Positions 39,421-48,875 of a DNA stretch of 64,000 nt are shown here, one piece after another (within the stretch, counting starts at the first letter, position 1; every line of letters begins with the position of its first letter). Made by a program: the position numbers and the translations under genes. The notes beneath the pieces are model-generated. The model worked only from the letters and a program-made list of their open reading frames with translations. It was not told where the DNA came from and ran no database searches. Source of the DNA: Candidatus Woesearchaeota archaeon. GTDB taxonomy: Archaea; Nanobdellota; Nanobdellia; Woesearchaeales; GW2011-AR4. The stretch is taken from contig JACPMR010000002.1 of the NCBI GenBank assembly GCA_016185945.1, positions 10,999 through 74,998 on the forward strand, read 5' to 3'.

Positions 39421-40420
39421 TTAAGTTATTTTATAAGTTCCCGGCTTCATAAACACCTTTTCCGTTTTGACAGCAAGTCCTTTTTCTCCAAGCATTTCCT
39501 TTGAGTTCATTTGTGATGTACCAAGTGCTATTAGCTCATTTTTTAGAGTCATTATAGCCACTACGCTATTCTGATTTATTCCACTTTCTACTTTACTTAT
39601 TCCAGGCACTTTCAAGTCAACGCCGTGGCATAAACTTTCAACAGTTGTGTCGAAAACCCAGATTTTTGGAAGGTGATTTACGCCATTTTCAACCAGCTGG
39701 ATTACTTTTCTGATGAATCTCTCATTGTTTTCTTCCTTCCAGAAATGATATGCGTCCTGAAGTTCGTGCAGCGTGAATAAAGTTGATTCGTCAAAAGGGC
39801 CTGCTTTTGTTCTTCTCAATTCAGCCATATGCGCGCCTGTGCCAAGTTTTTTTCCGATGTCGTGAATCAATTTTCTTATGTAAGTGCCTGCCTCTGTGCC
39901 GACTTTGAACAAAACATCCTTTCCGTCAATTTCAAGAATGTCAAGATAATAAACTGTTCTTGTCCTTAACTGCCTTTTGACAGAGCTTTTAATAGGGGGC
40001 AACTGCTCAATTTTTCCGATGAAATGCTTTTGAATTGTTTCCCTTAATTTTTCCTCTTCGACTTCCTTGTGCAAGTGCATTATTGCAACATACTCCTTGC
40101 CTGCTGTCAAAAGCGCTTGCACAATCCTTGTTGCTCTGCCTAAAGCAATTGGAAGAACTCCGGTTACTGCGGGATTTCTCTGATTTTTACTCTAGAGTCC
40201 CAGAGTGACCAGATTTAGTTATTCCGAGTATTTTTTGCACGTAGTCAGCGACCTGATGGCTTGTTGGACCTTTCGGTTTATCTATGTTTATGATTCCATA
40301 ATTTATTATCCCTTCTGTTTTCCTGTCCTCAGGTTTACAACCATATCCTTCGCCTGTCTCTGCTTCTTTCCGAACAAGGACTTTTCTTTCTATTCTTTCA
40401 AATGGTAACAGATTTTTCAT
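39421..40420 (-). CDS. cbf5: tRNA/rRNA pseudouridine synthase Cbf5 (TruB family), interrupted: exon 1 40191-40420, exon 2 39421-40174 (327 aa if 16 nt removed)
   Basis: Track ORFs 40187-40420 (...KSGHSGTLE*) and 39421-40122 are contiguous Cbf5. Removing 40175-40190 restores [23 protein letters not shown] with the catalytic Asp. Confidence 0.8.
40175..40190 (-). other. 16-nt intervening sequence in cbf5 (candidate bulge-helix-bulge-type archaeal intron; alternatively an indel)
   Basis: Pre-mRNA GGGACUCUAGA|GUAAAAAUCAGAGAAA|UCCCGCAG. GGGA pairs with UCCC and CUCU with AGAG, leaving an AAA bulge at the 3' junction. Confidence 0.45.
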
Positions 40421-40459
40421 ATAGAAAAAGAAAGTTTATTCTTTTAAAAATTTATTCAA

Positions 40460-40996
40460 TCAAACACTTCTAGGAGCAGTCGGATGCGTTTCCTGCATCT
40501 TCGGCTTTTGGGGGGCTTTCGGAGCATGTACTTTTGGATGCTCTTTCTTCAGTTCTTTAATTTCTTCCTGCTCAATTTTCTTTGCCTCTTCTGCTTTTTC
40601 CTCTTTTATCTCCTCGACTTGTTTTTCAAGTTTCTCTTCCGGTTTTTCTTCCGCCTTTTTCTCTTCTTTCTTAACTACTTTCTTTTTTTCCTCTGCCTTC
40701 GGCTCTTCTTTTGGCGCCCCCACAAGCTCGACAAAAACTTTGCCTTTGTCGTCTTTGGCTGCGTTCACTTTAACTTTGTGTGGCGGGTTTTTTGCGCCAT
40801 GGTTCCACACAGCAAGGTTCAGATATTTGCCGATAACGACATTATCGGATTTCATGTGCCTCGAGATGAAAGCCCTTATTGTCTTGACTGCTTTGTTTGC
40901 TTTCTTGAACGGAGGAACTTTCAGAGTTTCCCTTCTAAGCGGGATTATGTAAACTCTTTCCAACACCAGTTTTGGGGTTTCTTCTTTTTTTGGCAT
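40460..40996 (-). CDS. rpl31e: ribosomal protein L31e with ~90-aa K/E/A-rich C-terminal extension
   Basis: RVYIIPLRR...AVWNHGAKNPPHKVKV core, followed by a low-complexity tail. Confidence 0.8.
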   Translation of the reverse strand: MPKKEETPKLVLERVYIIPLRRETLKVPPFKKANKAVKTIRAFISRHMKSDNVVIGKYLNLAVWNHGAKNPPHKVKVNAAKDDKGKVFVELVGAPKEEPKAEEKKKVVKKEEKKAEEKPEEKLEKQVEEIKEEKAEEAKKIEQEEIKELKKEHPKVHAPKAPQKPKMQETHPTAPRSV

Positions 40997-41007
40997 CTTA
41001 TGCTTTC

Positions 41008-41171
41008 GTCTTGTTCCTTCTCCAGCTTCGCTTTAGTTTTGTGTGCCTGCCCGGATGGATTTTTCGAGTTTTGCCGTATATTTTTGGCACTGTCCAAAAA
41101 GGAGCCCATCTTGTCTGCTTCCTGAATCTTGCCAATCTTTTCTTCCTGCTTGGATGCTTGTAGCGTGCCAT
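41008..41171 (-). CDS. rpl39e: ribosomal protein L39e (53 aa; absent from ORF track)
   Basis: MARYKHPSRKKRLARFRKQTRWAPFWTVPKIYGKTRKIHPGRHTKLKRSWRRNKTKA. Stop TAA one nucleotide before the L31e ATG. Confidence 0.75.
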
Positions 41172-41204
41172 TTTTATTTTTTGATTTTAATTATATTTTT
41201 TATT

Positions 41205-41352
41205 TTTTCAATCCGTCCCTTCGGGACAATGTTTACTGCTCGGCAAAACTTTCCCTTTCAATCAGTTTTGCCTCGCCTATAAATCCAATAAAACGTCAAA
41301 AGCTGGTCTCCTTTATTATGATTACTTTCAAAGGACGCTCTCGTGATTGTTT
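41205..41352 (+). repeat. element copy F (subfamily 2)
   Basis: ttcaatccg GTCCC-TTCG-GGAC, then the same core as C. Confidence 0.6.
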
Positions 41353-41391
41353 GAATTTTTTAATTTTGTAAATTATCGTATATTTTTTGCT

Positions 41392-41727
41392 TTAAACTCT
41401 CTTGATTTTGATTTCCTTCTTCCTTGGAGTCATCTGCCCCAAAAGTTTTTTCAATGTTGAATCATCAATCTTGCCTTGAACCTGCCCTTTTTGTATTGCC
41501 TGAAACAAGACAACAAGCAGCTGCAGTGCTTTCTCTCGATGCGCTACCTTCAAATTTCCGTATCTTGCCAGTGCCTCTTTTGTGAAAAACTGCCTTACGA
41601 TATTTTCCATCGCCTCTATCTGCTGCTGTATCTGCGCCTGCTCTTGTGCCTGCTGCTGTAATTTTTCTTGCTGCAGCCTCATCAATTCTTCGAGCTTCTT
41701 TTTCCTTATTTCATCAAGGGTCGGCAT
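41392..41727 (-). CDS. PDCD5/TFAR19-like dsDNA-binding protein
   Basis: 111 aa with the family's helical pattern. Conserved neighbourhood with S19e/L39e/L31e. Confidence 0.6.
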   Translation of the reverse strand: MPTLDEIRKKKLEELMRLQQEKLQQQAQEQAQIQQQIEAMENIVRQFFTKEALARYGNLKVAHREKALQLLVVLFQAIQKGQVQGKIDDSTLKKLLGQMTPRKKEIKIKRV

Positions 41728-41732
41728 TTGGC

Positions 41733-42269
41733 TTATTCTTTCTTTTCCTCTGCTTTCTTGACAGCTTTTTGTTCCTGCTTAACTTCGGCCACTTCTTTTT
41801 TAGCTTCAACTATTTCAGGAACTTTTATTTCGTGCTTTGGCTTAATGCCTTGAATTTGAACTGCAATCTTGTCCAAAAATGACTTGCCTTTTGGTGTAAC
41901 AACTCTTCCTTTATGAACACCTTTTTCTACAAATTTAACAAAGCCCGCTTTCTCAAGCTGCTGCAGTGATTTTCTCAAAATGTTTCCTGAGCCCTTGTAG
42001 AAATGCTCCTTTTTATGCCCCCTGTTTTTTTTGCCGCCATACTTTGCCCTCAGCTTCGAAACTCCGACAGGACCAAGCCGATAAATAGCTCTAAGAACAG
42101 AAGCTGCCCTTACATACCACCAGTCATTATTCACAGGAGGGCGTTCCTTGTGCATTCCTGTCTTTACAAATGAAGCCCAAACAGGGGGATTTATCTCAGG
42201 AACTTTTTTCAGCTCTTCGGCTGTCTTTGAAACCAATTCCTGCGCATCAACATCGTACATTGTTGTCAT
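41733..42269 (-). CDS. rps19e: ribosomal protein S19e with K/E-rich C-terminal extension
   Basis: [22 protein letters not shown] core. ~40-aa low-complexity tail. Confidence 0.85.
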   Translation of the reverse strand: MTTMYDVDAQELVSKTAEELKKVPEINPPVWASFVKTGMHKERPPVNNDWWYVRAASVLRAIYRLGPVGVSKLRAKYGGKKNRGHKKEHFYKGSGNILRKSLQQLEKAGFVKFVEKGVHKGRVVTPKGKSFLDKIAVQIQGIKPKHEIKVPEIVEAKKEVAEVKQEQKAVKKAEEKKE

Positions 42270-42315
42270 TTTTTTGTTAAATTTTTTATTTGATTTTTAA
42301 TTATTATTTTTTAAT

Positions 42316-42457
42316 ATTTCAATCCGCTCACTTCGTTCGCAAACTTTACTGCTCGGCGAAATTTGCCTGCCACTAAATTTCGCCTCGCCCATATATGCAC
42401 TAAAATCATCAAAAGCGGTTTACTTTAATCACTTGCTACATATAAAAGTCGCTCTTG
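42316..42457 (+). repeat. element copy G (subfamily 2, compensatory variant)
   Basis: ttcaatccg. Core hairpin GGCGAAATTT/AAATTTCGCC in place of GGCAAAACT/AGTTTTGCC. Confidence 0.55.
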
Positions 42458-42710
42458 GGATTGAATTATTTTGTTTTTATTGATTTAATTATTATTGAAT
42501 TTTAAAATTGTTTTTCTTTACACCTTGCGGTGTTAGAATGGCTAATTTGTATTAGCACAAAAGAATGGTATTTTGCTGTATTTATAAATATTATGTCCAA
42601 ATTAAAAAATCAAAGATTTTATAAATTTCTCCACATTATCATTAATGAGCAATTAAACTAACTACATTTATTTTCCATATAGAAATAAAACAACTGTATT
42701 TGATGTAAAA

Positions 42711-45314
42711 ATGATAGAATACTTAGAAAAACCCTACAAACCAGAGCAAATCAGGCACATTCTGAATCCTATTGTAGATAAATGGTTCTTCACAAGGTTC
42801 AAGGAATTCTCTTTGCCACAATTATTTGGGGTTATGGAAATACACTCAAGGAACAATATTCTCGTGAGCGCTCCGACCGGCGCGACAAAAACTTTGACTG
42901 CTTTCTTGTCAATTTTAAACGAACTGATTGACTCAAGCGAAAAAGGAATTTTGGAGGATAGGGTTTATTGCGTTTATGTGTCACCATTAAAGGCATTGAG
43001 CAATGACATTCATGTCAATCTTGTCGAGCCGCTGAAAGAGATGGAAAAGATTGCCGGAAAAAAATTAAACATAAGGGCTGCAGTAAGGACAGGCGACACA
43101 TCAGCTTCTGAGAAAGCAAAGATGCTGAAGCATCCTCCACATATTTTGATTACAACTCCTGAAAGTTTGGCAATCATGCTTTCATCAATAAAATTCAGGG
43201 AATTATTGAAAAATGTTGAATGGCTTATTGTAGACGAGATTCATGCACTGGCAGAAAACAAAAGAGGGGTGCACTTGTCATTGTCTGTGGAAAGATTAAA
43301 TAAAATTTCACCTTCAATGGCAAGAATCGGCTTGAGCGCAACTATTGCCCCGCTTGACGAAATAGCAAAATTCCTTGCCGGATATGAAAACGGAAAGCTG
43401 AGAAACTGCAAGATTGTGGATGTGCAGTTCATAAAAAACATGGACCTGAAAGTCCTATCGCCAGTCCCTGACTTGGTTGACATGGAGCATGCAATGATGC
43501 ACGATGCAATGTATAATTTAATCGACGATTTAATCCAAAGCCACAGGACAACTTTAATTTTCACAAACACACGTTCAGCAACTGAAAGAGTTGTCCATCA
43601 CTTGAAAGAAAAATTCCCGAAAAAATACACTGAAAATATAGGGGCGCATCACGGCTCATTGTCAAAGACATTAAGGCACAACATAGAGAATAGATTGAGA
43701 AAAGGCGAATTGAAGGTTATTGTGTCAAGCACGTCTTTGGAGTTGGGCATCGACATCGGCTACATAGACTTGGTTATATGCCTTGGCTCGCCTAAATCAG
43801 TCTCTAGATTCTTGCAGAGAGCAGGGCGTTCAGGGCATCGCCTTCATGACACGGTGAAAGCAAGGATAATTGTCCTGGACAGGGATGATTTGGTGGAATG
43901 TGCTGTTCTTCTCAAATCAGCAATCGAGAAAAAAATTGACAAAATTCATATTCCAAAAAACTGCCTTGATGTCCTTGCGCAGCAAATTCATGGGATGTCG
44001 CTTGAGCAGAAATGGAGGATAAGGGAAGTTTTTGAATTGATAAAGCAAAGCTACTGCTTTCATGAGATTGAATGGAAGGATTTCATGGAGATTTTGGATT
44101 ACCTCTCAGGAAAATACATCTCCTTGGAGGACAGGCACATTTATGCAAAAATATGGCATGATGATGAGACAGGCGAGCTTGGAAGAAAGGGCAAGATGAG
44201 CAGGGTAATTTACATGACAAACATTGGCACTATCCCTGAAGAATCTTTCATAACTGTAAAAGTCGGCGAGCAGATTATTGGGCATATTGACGAGGCGTTC
44301 CTTGAAAGGCTGAAGAAAAATGATGTTTTTGTTTTAGGCGGGGAAAGGTACGAATTTCTGCACGCAAAGGGGATGGTTGCTTATGTAAACGCATCTGTCT
44401 ACAGGCCGCCTACAATCCCCTCGTGGTTTTCCGAAATGCTGCCATTAAGCTTTGACTTGGCTTTGGACATCGGAAGGTTCAGAAAACTGATGAATGAGAT
44501 GTTTTGCGCTAATAAATCAAAAAGCGAAATTTTGGATTTTATTAACATGTACCTATACGTTGACAAAAATGCTGCTGAATCAGTTTATGATTATTTTTAC
44601 GAGCAGTTTAATTATGCGGAAATTCCTTCTCATTCAAGGATTATTGTTGAGCATTATACTGATGCAAAAAGCAAGAGAAAATATGCAATTTTTCACACGC
44701 TTTACGGAAGAAGAGTAAATGACTGCCTGTCAAGGGGAGTTGCATTTGCAATTGCAAGAACGCAGCACAGGGACGTAGAGATTGGAATAAATGACAATGG
44801 ATTTTATATCGCGTCAGAGAAAAGCGTAAATGTTATGCAGGCATTCAATTTAGTGAAGTCAAAGGAAATGAGAAAAGTTTTGGATATGGCAATCGAGCAC
44901 ACAGAAGTCCTGAAAAGGAGATTCAGGCACTGCGCTACTCGGGCAATGATGATACTGCGCAGCTACATGGGGCACCAGAAAAGGGTTGGAAGACAGCAGG
45001 TAAGCTCAATGATATTGATGAACGCTGTAAAGAGAATTGATCCAAATTTCTGCATTTTAAAAGAAGCAAGAAGGGAAGTTTTGGAGGATTTGATGGACAT
45101 AGAAAATGCGCAGAAAATAATCGAGGGCATCGAGCAGAAAAAGATTTTAATAAAGGAGATAAACACTAATCTGCCATCGCCGTTTGCCTTCAACTTAATA
45201 TTGCAAGGTTTTACTGATTTAATGAAGATAGAGGACAAGGTTGAATTTGTCAGGAGAATGCACGAGCAGATAATGGCGAAGATAAGTGTGGAGAAAATTT
45301 CATCCGAAAAATAA
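42711..45314 (+). CDS. lhr: Lhr-type ATP-dependent DEAD/DEAH-box helicase
   Basis: Walker A APTGATKT, DEIH box, Lhr-core length of 867 aa. Confidence 0.85.
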   Translation: MIEYLEKPYKPEQIRHILNPIVDKWFFTRFKEFSLPQLFGVMEIHSRNNILVSAPTGATKTLTAFLSILNELIDSSEKGILEDRVYCVYVSPLKALSNDIHVNLVEPLKEMEKIAGKKLNIRAAVRTGDTSASEKAKMLKHPPHILITTPESLAIMLSSIKFRELLKNVEWLIVDEIHALAENKRGVHLSLSVERLNKISPSMARIGLSATIAPLDEIAKFLAGYENGKLRNCKIVDVQFIKNMDLKVLSPVPDLVDMEHAMMHDAMYNLIDDLIQSHRTTLIFTNTRSATERVVHHLKEKFPKKYTENIGAHHGSLSKTLRHNIENRLRKGELKVIVSSTSLELGIDIGYIDLVICLGSPKSVSRFLQRAGRSGHRLHDTVKARIIVLDRDDLVECAVLLKSAIEKKIDKIHIPKNCLDVLAQQIHGMSLEQKWRIREVFELIKQSYCFHEIEWKDFMEILDYLSGKYISLEDRHIYAKIWHDDETGELGRKGKMSRVIYMTNIGTIPEESFITVKVGEQIIGHIDEAFLERLKKNDVFVLGGERYEFLHAKGMVAYVNASVYRPPTIPSWFSEMLPLSFDLALDIGRFRKLMNEMFCANKSKSEILDFINMYLYVDKNAAESVYDYFYEQFNYAEIPSHSRIIVEHYTDAKSKRKYAIFHTLYGRRVNDCLSRGVAFAIARTQHRDVEIGINDNGFYIASEKSVNVMQAFNLVKSKEMRKVLDMAIEHTEVLKRRFRHCATRAMMILRSYMGHQKRVGRQQVSSMILMNAVKRIDPNFCILKEARREVLEDLMDIENAQKIIEGIEQKKILIKEINTNLPSPFAFNLILQGFTDLMKIEDKVEFVRRMHEQIMAKISVEKISSEK

Positions 45315-45454
45315 AATTTAAATTCCAATCAATTCTATCGAAGCAAATCCATATATCTTATCAACGAAGTATCCGGAAGTTTCTTCCAATGAGTATGATG
45401 GGATGTCTCTGGAATAAGTATTAATATTTTGTCAGAATTTTTAGATAATAGATT

Positions 45455-46123
45455 CTAAGTCTCCTTATTTACTATACTTAAACACATATCATATAATGCG
45501 TCCTTCTGGTAATCCTTGCCCCATTTTTCACAGTATTGCAGTGCTTGTTCCTTATTTTTTATCATTATTTTTCGTACCCCAATCATAAAACAATTAAATC
45601 CCATATAAAATTGCTCTTTATCTTCTACACAATAATTAATAAGTTCTTTATACGACATAGAGTCTTTAATCTCTGCTTCCATCTTATCAAAACCCGTTAG
45701 CTCCTTTTCTTTAGGTTGTTCTTCAAGTTCTTTTTTTTCAAATTCACATCCATATTTGCTTTTTAATTCCTTAAATTCTTCTAAATATTCAGGTTCAAAA
45801 CTCATAATCCATCTTTGATAACCCATTTCGCAAGCATTTGCATAATAAGAATTTTTTTGTTTTCTGCAGTAGTTCAAATCATGTGTTAAACTGGTTACGA
45901 ATGATAAACAAAAAGCTTTGTTGGATTGTCTTTCATTTGTATCATCGGGCATTCGTTCACATAAATCAAAATCTTTATTTTTACAAACTAATTTTAGAAA
46001 ACAATCTTTTTCAGCTTCGCTATCTTTGTTCGTACAACTATTAATTTCTACCTTGTTTGTGTTTGAACAACCACTTAAGATAAATGTAACAACAAATAGA
46101 AATACAATCGTTTTTGAATTCAT
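45455..46123 (-). CDS. Cys-rich secreted/lipoprotein-like hypothetical protein
   Basis: Signal peptide plus LSGCS lipobox-like motif. 16 Cys. Confidence 0.5.
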   Translation of the reverse strand: MNSKTIVFLFVVTFILSGCSNTNKVEINSCTNKDSEAEKDCFLKLVCKNKDFDLCERMPDDTNERQSNKAFCLSFVTSLTHDLNYCRKQKNSYYANACEMGYQRWIMSFEPEYLEEFKELKSKYGCEFEKKELEEQPKEKELTGFDKMEAEIKDSMSYKELINYCVEDKEQFYMGFNCFMIGVRKIMIKNKEQALQYCEKWGKDYQKDALYDMCLSIVNKET

Positions 46124-46284
46124 ATGTCCACTTAGGAATCACTTGTTTATTAACTTTTTGATATATTCAGAAATATTTTCCTTGAAAATAATAAAAAAGA
46201 ACCCAAATTTATTGAACGACATTTCTCAAGTTCAATGTGAAAATAACATATTGGATACCCTAAACGAAGTATTTAAATATTGAG

Positions 46285-46908
46285 TTGTCTTCTTTGTCTC
46301 AAATAAAAATGACAACAATAATCGGCATAACCGGCTCAATCAGCTCAGGTAAGACAGTAGCAGCAAAAATATTCAGCAGGCACTGGTACAATAGAATTGA
46401 TGCAGATGAAATCGGGCATCAGATACTACAGAAAAATTCTGATGCTTATAGAAGAGTAATCAAAGAGTTTGGAAACGAAATTCTCGATAAAAACAGAAAT
46501 ATTGACAGAAAAAAATTGGGAGATGTTGTTTTTAATGATGATAAAAAACTGAAAAAATTGAACTCAATAACGCATCCGATGATACTCAATGAAATAAGAA
46601 AACAAATAAAAAAAATTCAAAAAAAATGTGGCAATAAGACAAAAATAATAATTGATGCTCCTTTATTGCTTGAAACAAAGGCAAAAGATTTGATTGATAA
46701 GATTATTGTCGTCAAGACGGATAAAAAAAATATTTATGAAAGGGCTGGAAAAAAATATCCAAGAGAAAAAATAGAAAAGATTTTAAAGAGCCAGATGCCT
46801 CTTGAGGAGAAGCTGAAACGTGCGGATTTTGTGATCGATAATAATAAAGATTTAAGGCATTTGGAAAAACAAATTTTGGGGATAATACAAAATATCGAGA
46901 AAAAATGA
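46285..46908 (+). CDS. coaE: dephospho-CoA kinase (bacterial type)
   Basis: IGITGSISSGKT P-loop and DADEIGH. Confidence 0.8.
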   Translation: MSSLSQIKMTTIIGITGSISSGKTVAAKIFSRHWYNRIDADEIGHQILQKNSDAYRRVIKEFGNEILDKNRNIDRKKLGDVVFNDDKKLKKLNSITHPMILNEIRKQIKKIQKKCGNKTKIIIDAPLLLETKAKDLIDKIIVVKTDKKNIYERAGKKYPREKIEKILKSQMPLEEKLKRADFVIDNNKDLRHLEKQILGIIQNIEKK

Positions 46909-47387
46909 AAACAGCAGTTTACCCGGGAACTTTTGACCCTGTTACAAACGGGCACATTGACATAATTGAAAGGGCTTTGAAGTTATTCGACAAACTGTAC
47001 ATTCTTGTCGGCGAAAATCCCCAAAAAGCCACTACTTTCTCCGCAGAAGAAAGGGTTGAAATGCTGAAACAGGCATTGAAAAAGCACAACAACAAAATAG
47101 AAGTTGAGCATTTTGACGGCTTGCTTCTGAATTATGTGAGGAAAAAGAAATCAAATGTGATTGTCAGGGGATTAAGGGCTATCTCTGATTTCGAGTTTGA
47201 ATTCCAGCGAGCACAATTTAACAGGGAGTTTGCAAAGGACATTGAAACTATCTTTATTATGACAAAAGACGACTATGCATTCTTGAGCTCCAGCATCATC
47301 AAGGAGATAGCAATGTTCGGCGGCTCGGTTAAAGGGTTTGTGCCAGCAATTGTCGAGAAAAAGTTGAAGGAGAAGTTTGTGAAATAA
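46905..47387 (+). CDS. coaD: phosphopantetheine adenylyltransferase (bacterial type)
   Basis: AVYPGTFDPVTNGH. Overlaps the coaE stop. Confidence 0.88.
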   Translation: MKTAVYPGTFDPVTNGHIDIIERALKLFDKLYILVGENPQKATTFSAEERVEMLKQALKKHNNKIEVEHFDGLLLNYVRKKKSNVIVRGLRAISDFEFEFQRAQFNREFAKDIETIFIMTKDDYAFLSSSIIKEIAMFGGSVKGFVPAIVEKKLKEKFVK

Positions 47388-47393
47388 AATTCA

Positions 47394-47645
47394 CTAATAA
47401 AACTTGCTCAAGTCCTCTTCCTGCATCCTTCTTCTGGGCTGGGTTTCGCTTATTGCTTTCTGCTTCATCAACCTTGCCGTGTAACCTGCTATCATGTTCC
47501 TGAGCTTTGCAGAAGCAACTGTAGTATATTTATCAACAATTTCCTTGTTCTTATCGAATTCAGAAGTAAATTCTTGCTCATGCTCTTTGATTAGCTTTCT
47601 TGCAACGCTCTTAACCAAAGTAGTTTTTATCCTGCCCATGTTCAC
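47394..47645 (-). CDS. rps17e: ribosomal protein S17e
   Basis: [18 protein letters not shown]-terminus. Confidence 0.8.
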   Translation of the reverse strand: MNMGRIKTTLVKSVARKLIKEHEQEFTSEFDKNKEIVDKYTTVASAKLRNMIAGYTARLMKQKAISETQPRRRMQEEDLSKFY

Positions 47646-47890
47646 TCAAGCTTTGTCTGGTCAAATGCCTTTGTAGCTGCCTCTTTCTTAAGTGTGCCTG
47701 GGATGGGCCTTTTAACTGTTATTGGTATCAAGCCCTGCTTGAATTCCAGCTTTGCTATCTCTATTGTGTTGTAGCCGAGCTTCTTAAGCTCATCATCACT
47801 TAGTTTGACCAAAATCGGGGCTCCCATAGAAATCTGCAATGCTCTTGTCCCTATAATCCTTGCCTGCTCGTATTTTGTGTAATCTTCCAT
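47642..47890 (-). CDS. rpoK: DNA-directed RNA polymerase subunit K (Rpb6 homologue)
   Basis: [19 protein letters not shown]. Confidence 0.85.
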   Translation of the reverse strand: MEDYTKYEQARIIGTRALQISMGAPILVKLSDDELKKLGYNTIEIAKLEFKQGLIPITVKRPIPGTLKKEAATKAFDQTKLE

Positions 47891-47999
47891 TTTTCACTTA
47901 ATTGTAACTCCGCTTACTAATCTTCGCCGTCTTCGTCGCCCCAACCGTCTCCTTCATCATCAAAATAGATTCTCATATTTCTCACCCCAAAAAATGACA

Positions 48000-48110
48000 T
48001 TAAAGCACTTCATCATTATCAATAAAGCTCTCTCCGCATGAAGGGCACTCTTCCTCGCCTTCTTCAAGGATTGTACCACAATTAGGACATTCCCTTTGCT
48101 CTTCCTCCAT
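48000..48110 (-). CDS. 36-aa acidic zinc-ribbon peptide (not in ORF track)
   Basis: MEEEQRECPNCGTILEEGEEECPSCGESFIDNDEVL. Co-oriented downstream of rpoK. Confidence 0.35.
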   Translation of the reverse strand: MEEEQRECPNCGTILEEGEEECPSCGESFIDNDEVL

Positions 48111-48573
48111 TTTTCACCTCAGAACCTTATTGTGGCTTTATAAGGCATGGCTCGGCAGAATATTAAAAGGTGGTATTTAAATGTATCGTAAAAAATTAGA
48201 GAGAATATGTATCTAAAGTCTTTTGTTAAAAGATGTTCTCAAACCCTTTCTTATACTTTCCTTTTTAGTATGGTTTATACCTTTTAAAATACCAAAAAAT
48301 CTTAATATGTTATGTTTCTTTTTCATTGTTGTAGTTACAGCTTTCTTTGCAAGGAAATTGACATATATCACAAGTTGTTATAAGGTGTCTTCATATTTAA
48401 ATATTTTTAGTTGCAGAGTTATTTAAGTTGTAAATCGGAATTTGATTGCGTTATTGCTGCATCGTTTATAGCAAATGGTGTTGATAAAATACTGACTAAA
48501 AATCCAAAACATTTTGAAAATATTAAGCAGTTAAAAGTATTGAGTTATTGATTTATATGGCATCTGCCCTATA

Positions 48574-48873
48574 CTATCCGCCCTTCTTCCTCAAAGAATT
48601 CAACCTTGTCCTCAGCTTCTTGACAGCAGATTCCTTGTCCCTCGAGCTCAGCAAGTCATTTGCAAGCTTCTGGTCGCCTATGACATCTGAAATCCATTTG
48701 CTGAAATCGTTCTTCTCGCTGTTCACATGATGAATGTAAGTTTCATCGCTCATCTGCGGCAATGTGTCTGCCAATTCTTCAATGTTTTTCAGTATAGGGC
48801 CGTTATTCACCCAGAAGCATTGCTCAGGCTGGGTGTTGCCAAGGTATTTTCTTGCTTCATCTTTTGTAACCAT
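48574..48873 (-). CDS. hypothetical protein, paralogue A of a tandem pair
   Basis: Shares FxVxxGxxLKNIxELADxLxxMSxExxxHHxNxxxNDFSxWxxDV with the neighbouring ORF. Confidence 0.5.
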   Translation of the reverse strand: MVTKDEARKYLGNTQPEQCFWVNNGPILKNIEELADTLPQMSDETYIHHVNSEKNDFSKWISDVIGDQKLANDLLSSRDKESAVKKLRTRLNSLRKKGG

Positions 48874-48875
48874 TT

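Noticed and set aside
40484-41125. 213-aa plus-strand ORF rich in Phe/Leu
   Set aside because: Antisense to the K/E-rich tail of L31e and to L39e. The low-complexity F/L content is the mirror of the AAG/GAA-rich coding strand. Spurious.
47920-47975. 19-aa acidic peptide ORF (MRIYFDDEGDGWGDEDGED) after rpoK
   Set aside because: Too short and no supporting signals. Only the neighbouring 36-aa zinc-ribbon ORF is reported, at low confidence.
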